NCBI RefSeq assembly: GCF_000007145.1
Contig: NC_003902.1
Location: forward strand, 3,986,497 to 4,018,496
Source: Xanthomonas campestris pv. campestris str. ATCC 33913
GTDB taxonomy: Bacteria > Pseudomonadota > Gammaproteobacteria > Xanthomonadales > Xanthomonadaceae
Direction: 5' to 3'
DNA: 32,000 nt
Every line of letters starts with the position of its first letter. Position 1 is the first letter of the stretch. The position numbers were made by a program, and so were the translations under genes. Below the pieces are notes generated by a model. It ran no database searches. It was not told where the DNA came from and saw nothing but the letters and a program-made list of their open reading frames with translations. Shown here in pieces: positions 22,197-30,353 of this stretch.

Positions 22197-23468
22197 ATGT
22201 CCACCGCCCCGCAAAAGCCGCTCGCCATCCGCGAGCGCCTGTCCGAAGTCCGCTACGAGATCCGGGGCGAACTGGCGCGGCGAGCGCGGGAGTTGGAGGC
22301 GCAGGGCCGCAAGCTGATCAAGCTCAACATCGGCAACCCCGGTGCATTCGGGTTCCGTGCGCCGGAGCATCTGCAGCGTGCGATTGCCGACGACATGGGC
22401 CGCACCGATCCCTATACGCATCAGCAGGGCCTGCCGGAAGCACGCGAGGCGATCGCGGCCGCGTATGCGCGCCGCCAGCATCCGGATGCACATCCGGACC
22501 GGATCTTTATCGGCAACGGCGTCAGCGAACTGATCGACCTGTCACTGCGCGCCCTGCTGAACCCCGGCGACGAAGTGCTGGTGCCCTCGCCCGATTACCC
22601 GCTGTGGTCGGCGGCCACCATCCTCAACGACGGCCGCCCGGTGTATTACCGCTGCGCGCCGGAGAATGGCTTCCAGCCGGACCCGGTGGAAATCGAGACA
22701 CTGGTGTCGTCGCGCACGCGCGCCATCGTGCTGATCAATCCGAACAACCCCAGCGGCGCCAGTTATTCGCGCGAGTTGCTGGAGCGCATCGTCGCCATCG
22801 CGGTCAAGCACAACCTGCTGTTGATGGTGGACGAGATCTACGACCAGGTGCTGTATGACGGTGCGGCGTTTGTGCCGGTGGCACCGCTGGCTGGCGAGCA
22901 CCCGTGCATCACCTTCAGCGGGCTGAGCAAGGTGCACCGCGCCTGCGGCTGGCGGGTGGGTTGGGCGCTGTTGTCCGGTGAGCAATCGCGCATCAACGAT
23001 CTGCGCAACGCCATGGACCTGCTCGGCGCGCTGCGCCTGTGCGCGAATGTGCCGGGCCAGTATGCAATCGACGCGGCAGTCAACGGGCCGGACACCATCT
23101 CGGCGCTGTGCGCGCCGGGTGGACGCCTGTACGAGACCCGCCGCGCGGTGATCGAAGCATGCGCGGCCAGCTCACATCTGTCGTTGGTTGCACCGGCCGG
23201 CGCGCTGTATGCGTTCCCGGCAGTGGTGGGGCCGGCGGCGCGTGCTTTCGACGACCACACCTTCGCGCTGGATCTGATGAACGACGAAGGCGTGCTGGTG
23301 GTGCCGGGCTCCAGCTTCAACGTGCCGTATCGCCACCATTTCCGCGTGACGCTGATGCCCGAAGCTGCGGTGATGCGCGATGTGTTTGCGCGCATCGATC
23401 GCGCCCTGACGCGACGTGCAGAGGCGGTGACCAAGGTCGTGCCGCTCAAGTCGCGCAGCGTGGCGTGA
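22197..23468 (+). CDS. alaA: AlaA/YfbQ-type PLP-dependent (alanine) aminotransferase, class I
   Basis: ORF 22113..23468 trimmed to ATG 22197 (MSTAPQKPLAIRERLSEVRYEIRGEL...). Matches include KLNIGNPGAFGF, IGNGVSELI, VPSPDYPLW, LINPNNPSG, the PLP-lysine motif FSGLSKVHRACGWRVGW, and RLCANVPGQYAI. Confidence 0.9.
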   Translation: MSTAPQKPLAIRERLSEVRYEIRGELARRARELEAQGRKLIKLNIGNPGAFGFRAPEHLQRAIADDMGRTDPYTHQQGLPEAREAIAAAYARRQHPDAHPDRIFIGNGVSELIDLSLRALLNPGDEVLVPSPDYPLWSAATILNDGRPVYYRCAPENGFQPDPVEIETLVSSRTRAIVLINPNNPSGASYSRELLERIVAIAVKHNLLLMVDEIYDQVLYDGAAFVPVAPLAGEHPCITFSGLSKVHRACGWRVGWALLSGEQSRINDLRNAMDLLGALRLCANVPGQYAIDAAVNGPDTISALCAPGGRLYETRRAVIEACAASSHLSLVAPAGALYAFPAVVGPAARAFDDHTFALDLMNDEGVLVVPGSSFNVPYRHHFRVTLMPEAAVMRDVFARIDRALTRRAEAVTKVVPLKSRSVA

Positions 23469-24091
23469 TGGCGGCGGTCGGCCTGCCGCGGCGCTATCTG
23501 GCGCTGGGCGACTCCTACACCATCGGCGAGGGCGTCGCCGCCGAGCAGCGCTGGCCGGAGCAACTGGCCGAAGGCCTGCGGGCCTATGGCTGGCCGGTGG
23601 CAGCGCCGCAACTGATCGCCACCACCGGCTGGACCACCGACGAGTTGCAGGCCGGGATCGACGCGGCCGCGCCGCAGGGCCCGTTCGATCTGGTGAGCCT
23701 GTTGATCGGGGTCAACAATCAGTACCGCGAGCGCACGCTGGACGCCTACCGCGCCGAGTTCGACGATTTATTGCTGCGCGCGATTGGCTTTGCCGATGCG
23801 CGTCCCGAACGCGTGGTGGTGCTGTCGATTCCCGATTGGGGGCTGACCCCATTCGCGCGCGCACAAGGACGCGATGCGGCCCTGATCGCCGCACAGATCG
23901 ATGCATTCAACACGGTGGCCGCCGAACGCTGCGCGGCACGCGCGGTGCGCTTCATCGACATCACCGCCACCAGCCGCGACGGCGGCGATGCACCGGACAT
24001 GCTCGTCGATGATGGCCTGCATCCGTCCGGTGCGATGTATGCGCGCTGGACTGCGCTGGCGCTGCCCGCCGCGCGCGACGCACTCAGCTAG
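23468..24091 (+). CDS. SGNH/GDSL-family hydrolase
   Basis: ORF 23039..24091 trimmed to ATG 23468, which shares one nt with the aminotransferase stop TGA (23466-23468). SGNH blocks: I LALGDSYTIG, II TTGWTT, III LIGVNNQ, V DDGLHPS. Confidence 0.85.
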   Translation: MAAVGLPRRYLALGDSYTIGEGVAAEQRWPEQLAEGLRAYGWPVAAPQLIATTGWTTDELQAGIDAAAPQGPFDLVSLLIGVNNQYRERTLDAYRAEFDDLLLRAIGFADARPERVVVLSIPDWGLTPFARAQGRDAALIAAQIDAFNTVAAERCAARAVRFIDITATSRDGGDAPDMLVDDGLHPSGAMYARWTALALPAARDALS

Positions 24092-24124
24092 CCGCGTTAG
24101 ACGCCTCACTGCCAAGGACCGACA

Positions 24125-24820
24125 TTGCACACCACCGCCACCCAACCCATGAGCCGCCCGCAGGCGCTGGCGATCGCACGCGCATTTCTGCCGCCGCATC
24201 CGTTGGGTAACCGCTACGACTACTACTACACGCAGGCCAAGCTGCGCACCGACCCGCTGTATCCCGGCGTATTGGCAGAGCTACGCAGCACCACCGCGCC
24301 GGTGCTGGACCTGGGCTGCGGGCTTGGGCTGCTGGCCCATGCATTGCGCGCCGATGGCCAGACGCTGGGGTATCACGGCGTGGATGTGGATGCGTCCAAG
24401 ATCCGCCGCGCGCAGCACATCGCGCAGCGCTCGGCGTTGGGCAATACGCAATTCGCCGTGGTCGATCTGAGTGTGGCGTGGCCGCAACACAGTGGCAGCG
24501 TCACCATCCTGGACGTGCTGCAGTATCTGCAGGCCGACATGCAGGCCAGCCTGCTGCACAACGTGGCGCAGATGCTGACGCCGGGCGCCAAACTGGTCAT
24601 CCGCAGCGCGCTGGGCGATGACAGCGGCCGTGGCCGCACCAGCCGTGTCACCGACGTGCTGGCGCACCTGAGCGGCTGGATGCAGCGCATGCCGCGCAGC
24701 TATCCCACCCGCGACAGCCTGCAGGCGCAACTGGATGCCGCCGGCCTGCGCGCGACGTTTGCGCCGCTCTACGGCAACACGCCATTCAACAACTGGCTGA
24801 TCGTGGCCGAGCCGCGCTGA
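24125..24820 (+). CDS. Class I SAM-dependent methyltransferase
   Basis: SAM motif I VLDLGCGLGLLA, then YHGVDVD (motif II-like) and LTPGAKLVI. The track start is TTG 24125; ATG 24149 (MSRPQALAIA) is an alternative. It begins 33 nt after the SGNH hydrolase stop. Confidence 0.8.
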   Translation: MHTTATQPMSRPQALAIARAFLPPHPLGNRYDYYYTQAKLRTDPLYPGVLAELRSTTAPVLDLGCGLGLLAHALRADGQTLGYHGVDVDASKIRRAQHIAQRSALGNTQFAVVDLSVAWPQHSGSVTILDVLQYLQADMQASLLHNVAQMLTPGAKLVIRSALGDDSGRGRTSRVTDVLAHLSGWMQRMPRSYPTRDSLQAQLDAAGLRATFAPLYGNTPFNNWLIVAEPR

Positions 24821-24829
24821 GCCGTGCTG

Positions 24830-24858
24830 CCGGTCCCCCGCTGCGTTGCGGGGATCGG
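24830..24858 (+). terminator. GC-rich hairpin after the methyltransferase stop (possible terminator, no U-tract)
   Basis: CCGGT(C)CCCCGC - TGCGTT - GCGGGGATCGG: an 11-bp stem with one bulge and one G-T pair, starting 10 nt after the stop at 24818-24820. Confidence 0.3.
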
Positions 24859-25188
24859 CGAGCGGCACGTTCTCAATGGAAAATCGTGCGCTCTTGTGCG
24901 TATCCGGTTGCGTCGCATCTTTCGTGCTGACGCAGTACGTAGCGATGGACGTCGGCCTGCTACGGCTTCCGTAAGGAAGAATGCATTTTCAAATGCCATC
25001 GGCCAGGGCCTTGGAGCTGCCGCCGAAAATGCATTGCCGAAGCATGCGATCGCCTCCCCCATGACGTGACCTGCAAACTCAGCTCCATCAGACGTCGGCC
25101 GAACAGCGCCGTCATGAATGGCACTGCGCACGCCTTGCGCATGCGTCGCCGTGTTCCGCGAGAACGGATTTGCAACACAGCCGCGCCG

Positions 25189-25965
25189 TCAATCCGGGCG
25201 CCGCGCGACCAACCCACGCGCCTGCATCGCCTCGAGCACGCCGCGCAGGATGGTGACGTTGTGGCCGTGCGCGGCGCCTTCGTGCAGCAGCACGATGGCG
25301 CCCGGGTCAAGGCTGCGCACGATGCGCGCCACCGTGGTGTCGGGTTCGCAGCGCACGCCGTCGAAGCCGCGTGCACTCCAGGCCACGCGTGTCAGGCCGT
25401 GCTCACGCAGCGCGGCCGCAACGAATGGGTTGGTCATGCCTACCACCGAGCGGTACAGCCGCGGTGCCTGGCCGGTGATGTCCGCCAGCGCCTGTTGCGC
25501 GTCGCCGATCTCGCGCGCCATGCGGCGCGGGCCCAGCGCCCAGAACCAGGCCTGCGGATGGCTGTGGCTGTGATTGCCGATGCCATGGCCGCGGCGCACG
25601 ATTTCGCGCACCAGTTCAGGCCGCTGTGCGGCGCGTTCGCCCACCACGAAGAAGGTGGCGCTGGCGCGGTGCGCATCGAGCAGGTCGAGCATGGCCACGG
25701 TGTCGTCGGAAGGGCCATCGTCGATGGTCAGCCACACCTGCGGCCCCTGCCCGGGCAAACGCGACACCACCGGCGCGTACAGGCGTGCGCGCGGCAAGAA
25801 CACCGGCGCAACGAACAATGCATGCGAGAGCAGCAACGCTGGCAGCCCCCAGGCCCAGCCCAACCGCCACCACAGCAGCGCCACGGCCAGCTGCGAGACG
25901 GCCAGCCAGCCGACCCAGCGGTACGGGCGCGAGGGGATGCGATACAGCGTTTCCAGCGTGGTCAT
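25189..25965 (-). CDS. Polysaccharide deacetylase (NodB-homology) family protein with N-terminal membrane anchor
   Basis: N-terminal hydrophobic segments (WVGWLAVSQLAVALLWW, LPALLLSHALFVAPVFL). NodB motifs LTIDDGPSDD and GNHSHSHP. 258 aa. Confidence 0.85.
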   Translation of the reverse strand: MTTLETLYRIPSRPYRWVGWLAVSQLAVALLWWRLGWAWGLPALLLSHALFVAPVFLPRARLYAPVVSRLPGQGPQVWLTIDDGPSDDTVAMLDLLDAHRASATFFVVGERAAQRPELVREIVRRGHGIGNHSHSHPQAWFWALGPRRMAREIGDAQQALADITGQAPRLYRSVVGMTNPFVAAALREHGLTRVAWSARGFDGVRCEPDTTVARIVRSLDPGAIVLLHEGAAHGHNVTILRGVLEAMQARGLVARRPD

Positions 25966-26025
25966 GCCTCATGATGCCACGGGGCGTAGAATGGTCGGCC
26001 TCCACGATCTGACCGAAGTGCTGCC

Positions 26026-26952
26026 ATGTCCCTCGATCCCGCCCTGCGTTCCCGCATCGATACGCTGCTGCAATCCAACCGCGTGGTCCTCTTCATGAAA
26101 GGCCAGCCCGGCATGCCGCAGTGCGGCTTCTCGGCCAAGGCCATCGGCGTGCTGGACGGCCTGGGCATCGACTATGCCCACGTCAACGTGCTGGCCGACC
26201 AGGAAATCCGCGAAGGCATCAAGGCCTACGGCGACTGGCCGACCATTCCGCAGCTGTATGTGGATGGCGAGCTGATCGGCGGCAGCGACATCATCGTGCA
26301 GATGGCCGACAGCGGCGAGCTGAGCAGCATGCTCGGCCTGCAGGCACCGGACCGCAGCCCGCCCAAGATCACCATCACCCCGGCTGCGGTCGAGATGCTC
26401 AAGGGTGCGTTGGCCGATGCACCGGATGCCTCGCTGACGCTGGCCATCGATGCCAATTTCCAGCCGAACTTCCAGCTGGCGCCAACCAACCCGAACGCTA
26501 TCGCCGCCGAGTCCAACGGGCTGCGCGTGCAGTTCGACCTGGCCAGCGCGCGCCGCGCCGACGGCATCACCATCGACTGGGTGGACGACATCCGTGGCCG
26601 CGGCCTGGCCATCGACAACCCCAACGCGCCCAAGCCGGTGCAGGAGCTGGCGGTGCGCGATGCCGACGACCGTCTCAAGGCCGGTACGCTGACTGTGGTG
26701 GACGTGCGCCCGGCCGATGAGCGTGCGCTGGCTACGGTGGCAGCGCCGTTCCGCACCCTGGACGCACACGAGCGCCTGGAGATCGAGCAACTGCCCAAGG
26801 ACACCCCGCTGGCGTTCCTGTGCCACCGCGGCGGGCGTAGCCTGCAGGCGGCCGAGCATTTCCGCGGCCTGGGCTTTACCAACGTCTACAACGTCACCGG
26901 CGGCATCGATGCCTGGTCGGACGCGGTGGACAACGGCGTGCCCAAGTACTGA
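26026..26952 (+). CDS. Three-domain fusion: monothiol (CGFS) glutaredoxin - Cys-less IscA/HesB-like domain - rhodanese
   Basis: Grx4-type N-terminus VVLFMKGQPGMPQCGFS...WPTIPQLYVDGELIGGSDI (Cys codon at 26122-26124). The middle region ITITPAAVEMLKGAL...GLRVQFD...GITIDWVDD...GLAIDNPNAP has an A-type-carrier pattern with no Cys. C-terminal rhodanese with active-site loop CHRGGRS (Cys codon at 26821-26823) and VTGGIDAW. Confidence 0.9.
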   Translation: MSLDPALRSRIDTLLQSNRVVLFMKGQPGMPQCGFSAKAIGVLDGLGIDYAHVNVLADQEIREGIKAYGDWPTIPQLYVDGELIGGSDIIVQMADSGELSSMLGLQAPDRSPPKITITPAAVEMLKGALADAPDASLTLAIDANFQPNFQLAPTNPNAIAAESNGLRVQFDLASARRADGITIDWVDDIRGRGLAIDNPNAPKPVQELAVRDADDRLKAGTLTVVDVRPADERALATVAAPFRTLDAHERLEIEQLPKDTPLAFLCHRGGRSLQAAEHFRGLGFTNVYNVTGGIDAWSDAVDNGVPKY

Positions 26953-26990
26953 GCACGCCGGGTGGCCACGCACGGCCGCCGTAACACCCA

Positions 26991-27021
26991 AACGGGCGCT
27001 CCCATGGAGCGTCCGTTTTTT
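26991..27021 (+). terminator. Rho-independent terminator after the glutaredoxin fusion gene
   Basis: AACGGGCGCTCC - CAT - GGAGCGTCCGTT (12-bp stem with one G-U pair) followed by TTTTTT (27016-27021), 39 nt after the stop. Confidence 0.6.
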
Positions 27022-27046
27022 CATGCCTCCCATCACAAGGACACCG

Positions 27047-27922
27047 ATGCGCATGCACTGCCGATTGCTTTCCCTCGCCCTCACCGCCCTGCTGCCGCTG
27101 GCCGCCCACGCCGCCGCACCGCCGCGCGCGGTGATGCTGGTGCAGACCTACGACACCCAGCCGGCGGATGAGCCGTTCGAATATGTGCCGGTGTGGTTGG
27201 GCCGCGGTGTGGTGCAGGAAGCCACCATGCCGCGCTCGCTGATCGGCCAGCCGCTGCAGCTGTTCGATGCAGGCGCCTCCACCGGCGCAGTGCGCCTGAC
27301 CGCATTGAGCGTGGACGACAACAGCATGTGCGGCGGCACCGCGCGCCTGCGCTTCAAGGGCGCGACATCGCCGACCAGACCGGTCTTGCTGTCGTCGGTA
27401 GACCTCAACCCGGGCCAGCGCTTTGCAACGCGCGCGGCCACGCCCACCGAGCAGACCGAGCTGCTCCGCCTGCTTGATGAGAGCGCGCAGCTGCGACAGA
27501 AGGTCAAGCCGGCGGCGTTGAACAAGGCGTTGGCGGCATTTGCGGCAGACCGTGCCAACGACGCCGCGTCGCTACAGATCTTCACCGATGCGCGCGCACC
27601 GCAACGCCGCGTGGCCGTGCTCACCCAGAGCCACCCCACCCAGACCGGCAACACCGAAAGCCCCACCGGCGTGCTCACGGTGTTCGCCCTGCTGGAGCAC
27701 ACCGGCCAGCGCTGGCAGCTGCGCCAGGGCAACGCCGAGAATGGCTGCGACGACTGCGAAGGCCTGCCACGCAGCACGCACTTGCTGCAGTTCGGCGACA
27801 TCGACGGCAACGGCACGCTGGACTTCGTGCTGTCTGACAGCGGTTATGAAACCTACGGGTTCTATCTACTGCTGGGCGAAGGCGACCGCTGGCAGAGCGA
27901 GACCTTGATGGGCGGCTGCTGA
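27047..27922 (+). CDS. Secreted hypothetical protein (291 aa) with a C-terminal FG-GAP/Ca-binding-like DxDxDG motif
   Basis: ORF 26717..27922 trimmed to ATG 27047, 5 nt after AAGGA. Signal peptide MRMHCRLLSLALTALLPLAAHA/AAPP. C-terminal FGDIDGNGTLDFVLSD. Cys motifs GCDDCEG and terminal GGC. No family recognised. Confidence 0.7.
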   Translation: MRMHCRLLSLALTALLPLAAHAAAPPRAVMLVQTYDTQPADEPFEYVPVWLGRGVVQEATMPRSLIGQPLQLFDAGASTGAVRLTALSVDDNSMCGGTARLRFKGATSPTRPVLLSSVDLNPGQRFATRAATPTEQTELLRLLDESAQLRQKVKPAALNKALAAFAADRANDAASLQIFTDARAPQRRVAVLTQSHPTQTGNTESPTGVLTVFALLEHTGQRWQLRQGNAENGCDDCEGLPRSTHLLQFGDIDGNGTLDFVLSDSGYETYGFYLLLGEGDRWQSETLMGGC

Positions 27923-27980
27923 GGCATCGAACGCGTGCAGGGAGGCCTCTGTCGATGCATGAAAACGCGTGATTGGCTTG

Positions 27981-28200
27981 GGCGCGCGCAGATCAGCCCT
28001 GCGTGCGTCCATCCACGCGATTGCGTTGAGGTGCAGACAACGCGATCTGCTCAGTCATCAGCATCTCTCAGAATCGGCTAGGCGCGCACGTATCAACACT
28101 GCGTGCGCCCACGCGTGCGACTGCTCTCAGATCCAGACGCACGCGATCCGGGCAGTCAACACTGTCTTCAGCGCCTGCTTCAGCGCCTGCGCGCAGATGC
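27981..28200. repeat. Degenerate tandem repeat, period 100 bp, about 2.2 copies, in a convergent intergenic region
   Basis: Copy A at 27981-28080 and copy B at 28081-28180 both begin GGCGCGC. They share blocks ATCA..CTGCGTGCG, CAGAC..ACGCGATC and CAGTCA; hand alignment gives roughly 65-70% identity with one indel. A third partial start, GCGCGCAGAT, lies at 28189. Confidence 0.5.
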
Positions 28201-28254
28201 CAGGCTCGCCGTCATACCCAAGTGGGGGCAGCGCACGCCGCACTCATCAACCGC

Positions 28255-28821
28255 CTAACCGGCAAACCCACCTTCGTCGAGAAACTGTTGCTCTTCGACG
28301 GTGTTTTCCCGTCCCAGCACGGCATTGCGATGCGGGAAACGACCGAAGCGCTGAATGATCTGCTGGTGCTCCAGCGCATAGCGCGTGGTCTCGGCGTCAC
28401 CGAGCGCGGTGATCAATGTCACCGAGCGTGCCTGCTCCTGCAACTCCTCCGCATGCTCGAATGGCAGATAGAAGAACAGACGCAATTGCGCTGACACCTG
28501 CTGGTCGAAGCCGCGTGCAATGGCCTGCTTGGCGTAGAACAGCGCCAGGCCGTCGGTGGCATAGGCGTGCGCACTGCCCCGGAATGCATTGCGCGGAATC
28601 TGGTCGAGCAGCAACAACAAGGCCAGCGCATCTTCGGCGCGGGTCATCCAATCGGCGTACTCGCCCCGTGCCGCGGCAAAATGCTGCTCGCTGAAATGCT
28701 GGCGCACGTTGGCGTCGAAGGCGTCGTTGCGGGTAAACCAGCGCGCCTCGCCGGCCAGTTCCCAGAAAGCCAGCACCACATCGGCCTGTTTGTTGCGTTC
28801 GGTTTTGGCAATCATCGACAT
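28255..28821 (-). CDS. DUF924-family protein
   Basis: ORF 28255..28899 trimmed to ATG 28821, preceded by GGGGAGA. The pattern WFTRNDAFDANVRQHF...LLLLDQIPRNAFRG...FFYLPFEHAE...FGRFPHRNAVLGRENTVEE is typical of DUF924. Confidence 0.85.
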   Translation of the reverse strand: MSMIAKTERNKQADVVLAFWELAGEARWFTRNDAFDANVRQHFSEQHFAAARGEYADWMTRAEDALALLLLLDQIPRNAFRGSAHAYATDGLALFYAKQAIARGFDQQVSAQLRLFFYLPFEHAEELQEQARSVTLITALGDAETTRYALEHQQIIQRFGRFPHRNAVLGRENTVEEQQFLDEGGFAG

Positions 28822-28955
28822 TCTCCCCAATGAATACGGCACAGCATGCGCCTGCAGGCGTGATGAGCCCGCTGCGCCGCGACCATCAGCACTTGGCAAG
28901 CGCGCCGCCGGCCGCTAGGTTTGCGCAGACGTCTTTCGTTCCACCGGGGAAATCC

Positions 28956-30353
28956 ATGCGTTCCATCCTGTTCGCCGCGCTGGGCGCGGCTGTGCTGTGC
29001 GGGCCTGCCGCGGCCGCGTCGCGTTTCGTCGAAGACCCGTACCCCAGCACCTACCACGCGCTCGCCTCTGGCCCAGTGCTGATCCAGCATGCCACCGTGC
29101 TCACCGGCACCGGCCAGCGCCTGGACGATGCCGACGTACTGCTGCGCGACGGCAAGGTGGCTGCGGTCGGCCGTGGCCTGGAGGTGCCCGCCGACGCGCG
29201 CCGCATCGACGGCACCGGCAAGTGGGTGACGCCGGGCATCATCGACGTGCACTCGCACCTGGGCGTGTACCCCAGCCCGGGCGTCAGCGCCCACAGCGAC
29301 GGCAACGAAATGACCGCCCCGGTCACCCCCAACGTGTGGGCCGAGCATTCGGTGTGGCCGCAGGACCCGGGCTTCGGCACGGCACTGGCTGGCGGCATCA
29401 CCTCGCTGCAGGTGCTGCCCGGCTCGGCCAACCTGATTGGTGGCCGTGGTGTCACCCTCAAGAACGTGGCGGCCACCACCTACCAGGGCATGAAATTTCC
29501 CGGTGCGCCGTGGGGCCTGAAGATGGCCTGCGGCGAAAACCCCAAGCGCGTGTATGGCGAAAAAGGCGGCCCGGCCACGCGCATGGGCAACGTTGCCGGT
29601 TACCGCGCGGCCTTCATCGACGCGGCCGAATACTTGAACAAGAACGCGCCCAAGAAGAGCGAGAAGAAGCGCCACTGGTGGAGCGGCGGCGGCGACAACG
29701 ACAGCAGCGGCGATGCCGGTGGCAAGCGCGATCTCAAGCTGGACACGCTGGCCGGTGCCATCAACGGCGACATCCGCGTGCACATCCACTGCTACCGCGC
29801 CGATGAAATGGCCACCATGCTGGATCTGGCCAAGGAGTTCGGCTTCCACATCGCCGCGTTCCACCACGGCGTGGAAGCCTACAAGCTGGCCGACCGGTTG
29901 GCGCAGGAAAACGTCTGCGGCGCGCTGTGGGCCGATTGGTGGGGCTTCAAGATGGAAGCCTTCGACGGCATCCAGGAAAACATCGCCATCGTCGATCGCC
30001 CGGCCAACAGCTGCGCCATCGTGCATTCGGATTCGGAAGAAGGCATTCAGCGGCTCAATCAGGAAGCGGCCAAGGTGATTGCCAACGCGCGCCGCGCCGG
30101 CATGGAGATTCCGCCCGAACGCGCCATCCGCTGGCTCACCAGCAACGCCGCCAAGGCGCTGGGCATCGAGCAACAGACCGGTGCGCTGGAGCCGGGCAAG
30201 ATGGGCGATATGGTGGTGTGGAACGGCAACCCCTTCAGTTCCTACGCACTGGCCGAGCAGGTGTATATCGACGGCGCGCAGGTGTACGACCGCCACGACC
30301 GCAGGTTGCAACCGGTCTCCGACTTCATGCTGGGCCAGGAGGTGGCACGATGA
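28956..30353 (+). CDS. Secreted amidohydrolase-superfamily enzyme (metal ligands intact)
   Basis: ORF 28830..30353 trimmed to ATG 28956, after GGGGA. Signal peptide MRSILFAALGAAVLCGPAAAA/S. HxH motif GIIDVHSHLG (His codons at 29250 and 29256). Later His/Asp positions are VHIHCYRADE, AAFHHGVEA and AIVHSDSEEG. C-terminal GKMGDMVVWNGNPF. Confidence 0.9.
   Translation: MRSILFAALGAAVLCGPAAAASRFVEDPYPSTYHALASGPVLIQHATVLTGTGQRLDDADVLLRDGKVAAVGRGLEVPADARRIDGTGKWVTPGIIDVHSHLGVYPSPGVSAHSDGNEMTAPVTPNVWAEHSVWPQDPGFGTALAGGITSLQVLPGSANLIGGRGVTLKNVAATTYQGMKFPGAPWGLKMACGENPKRVYGEKGGPATRMGNVAGYRAAFIDAAEYLNKNAPKKSEKKRHWWSGGGDNDSSGDAGGKRDLKLDTLAGAINGDIRVHIHCYRADEMATMLDLAKEFGFHIAAFHHGVEAYKLADRLAQENVCGALWADWWGFKMEAFDGIQENIAIVDRPANSCAIVHSDSEEGIQRLNQEAAKVIANARRAGMEIPPERAIRWLTSNAAKALGIEQQTGALEPGKMGDMVVWNGNPFSSYALAEQVYIDGAQVYDRHDRRLQPVSDFMLGQEVAR

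Noticed and set aside
24769-25131. ORFs in the methyltransferase/deacetylase convergent gap (24824..25069 +, 24769..25131 -, 24960..25376 -)
   Set aside because: They overlap the 3' ends of the flanking genes, have no SD or plausible start context and give low-complexity products. The region is treated as non-coding and flagged as a finding instead.
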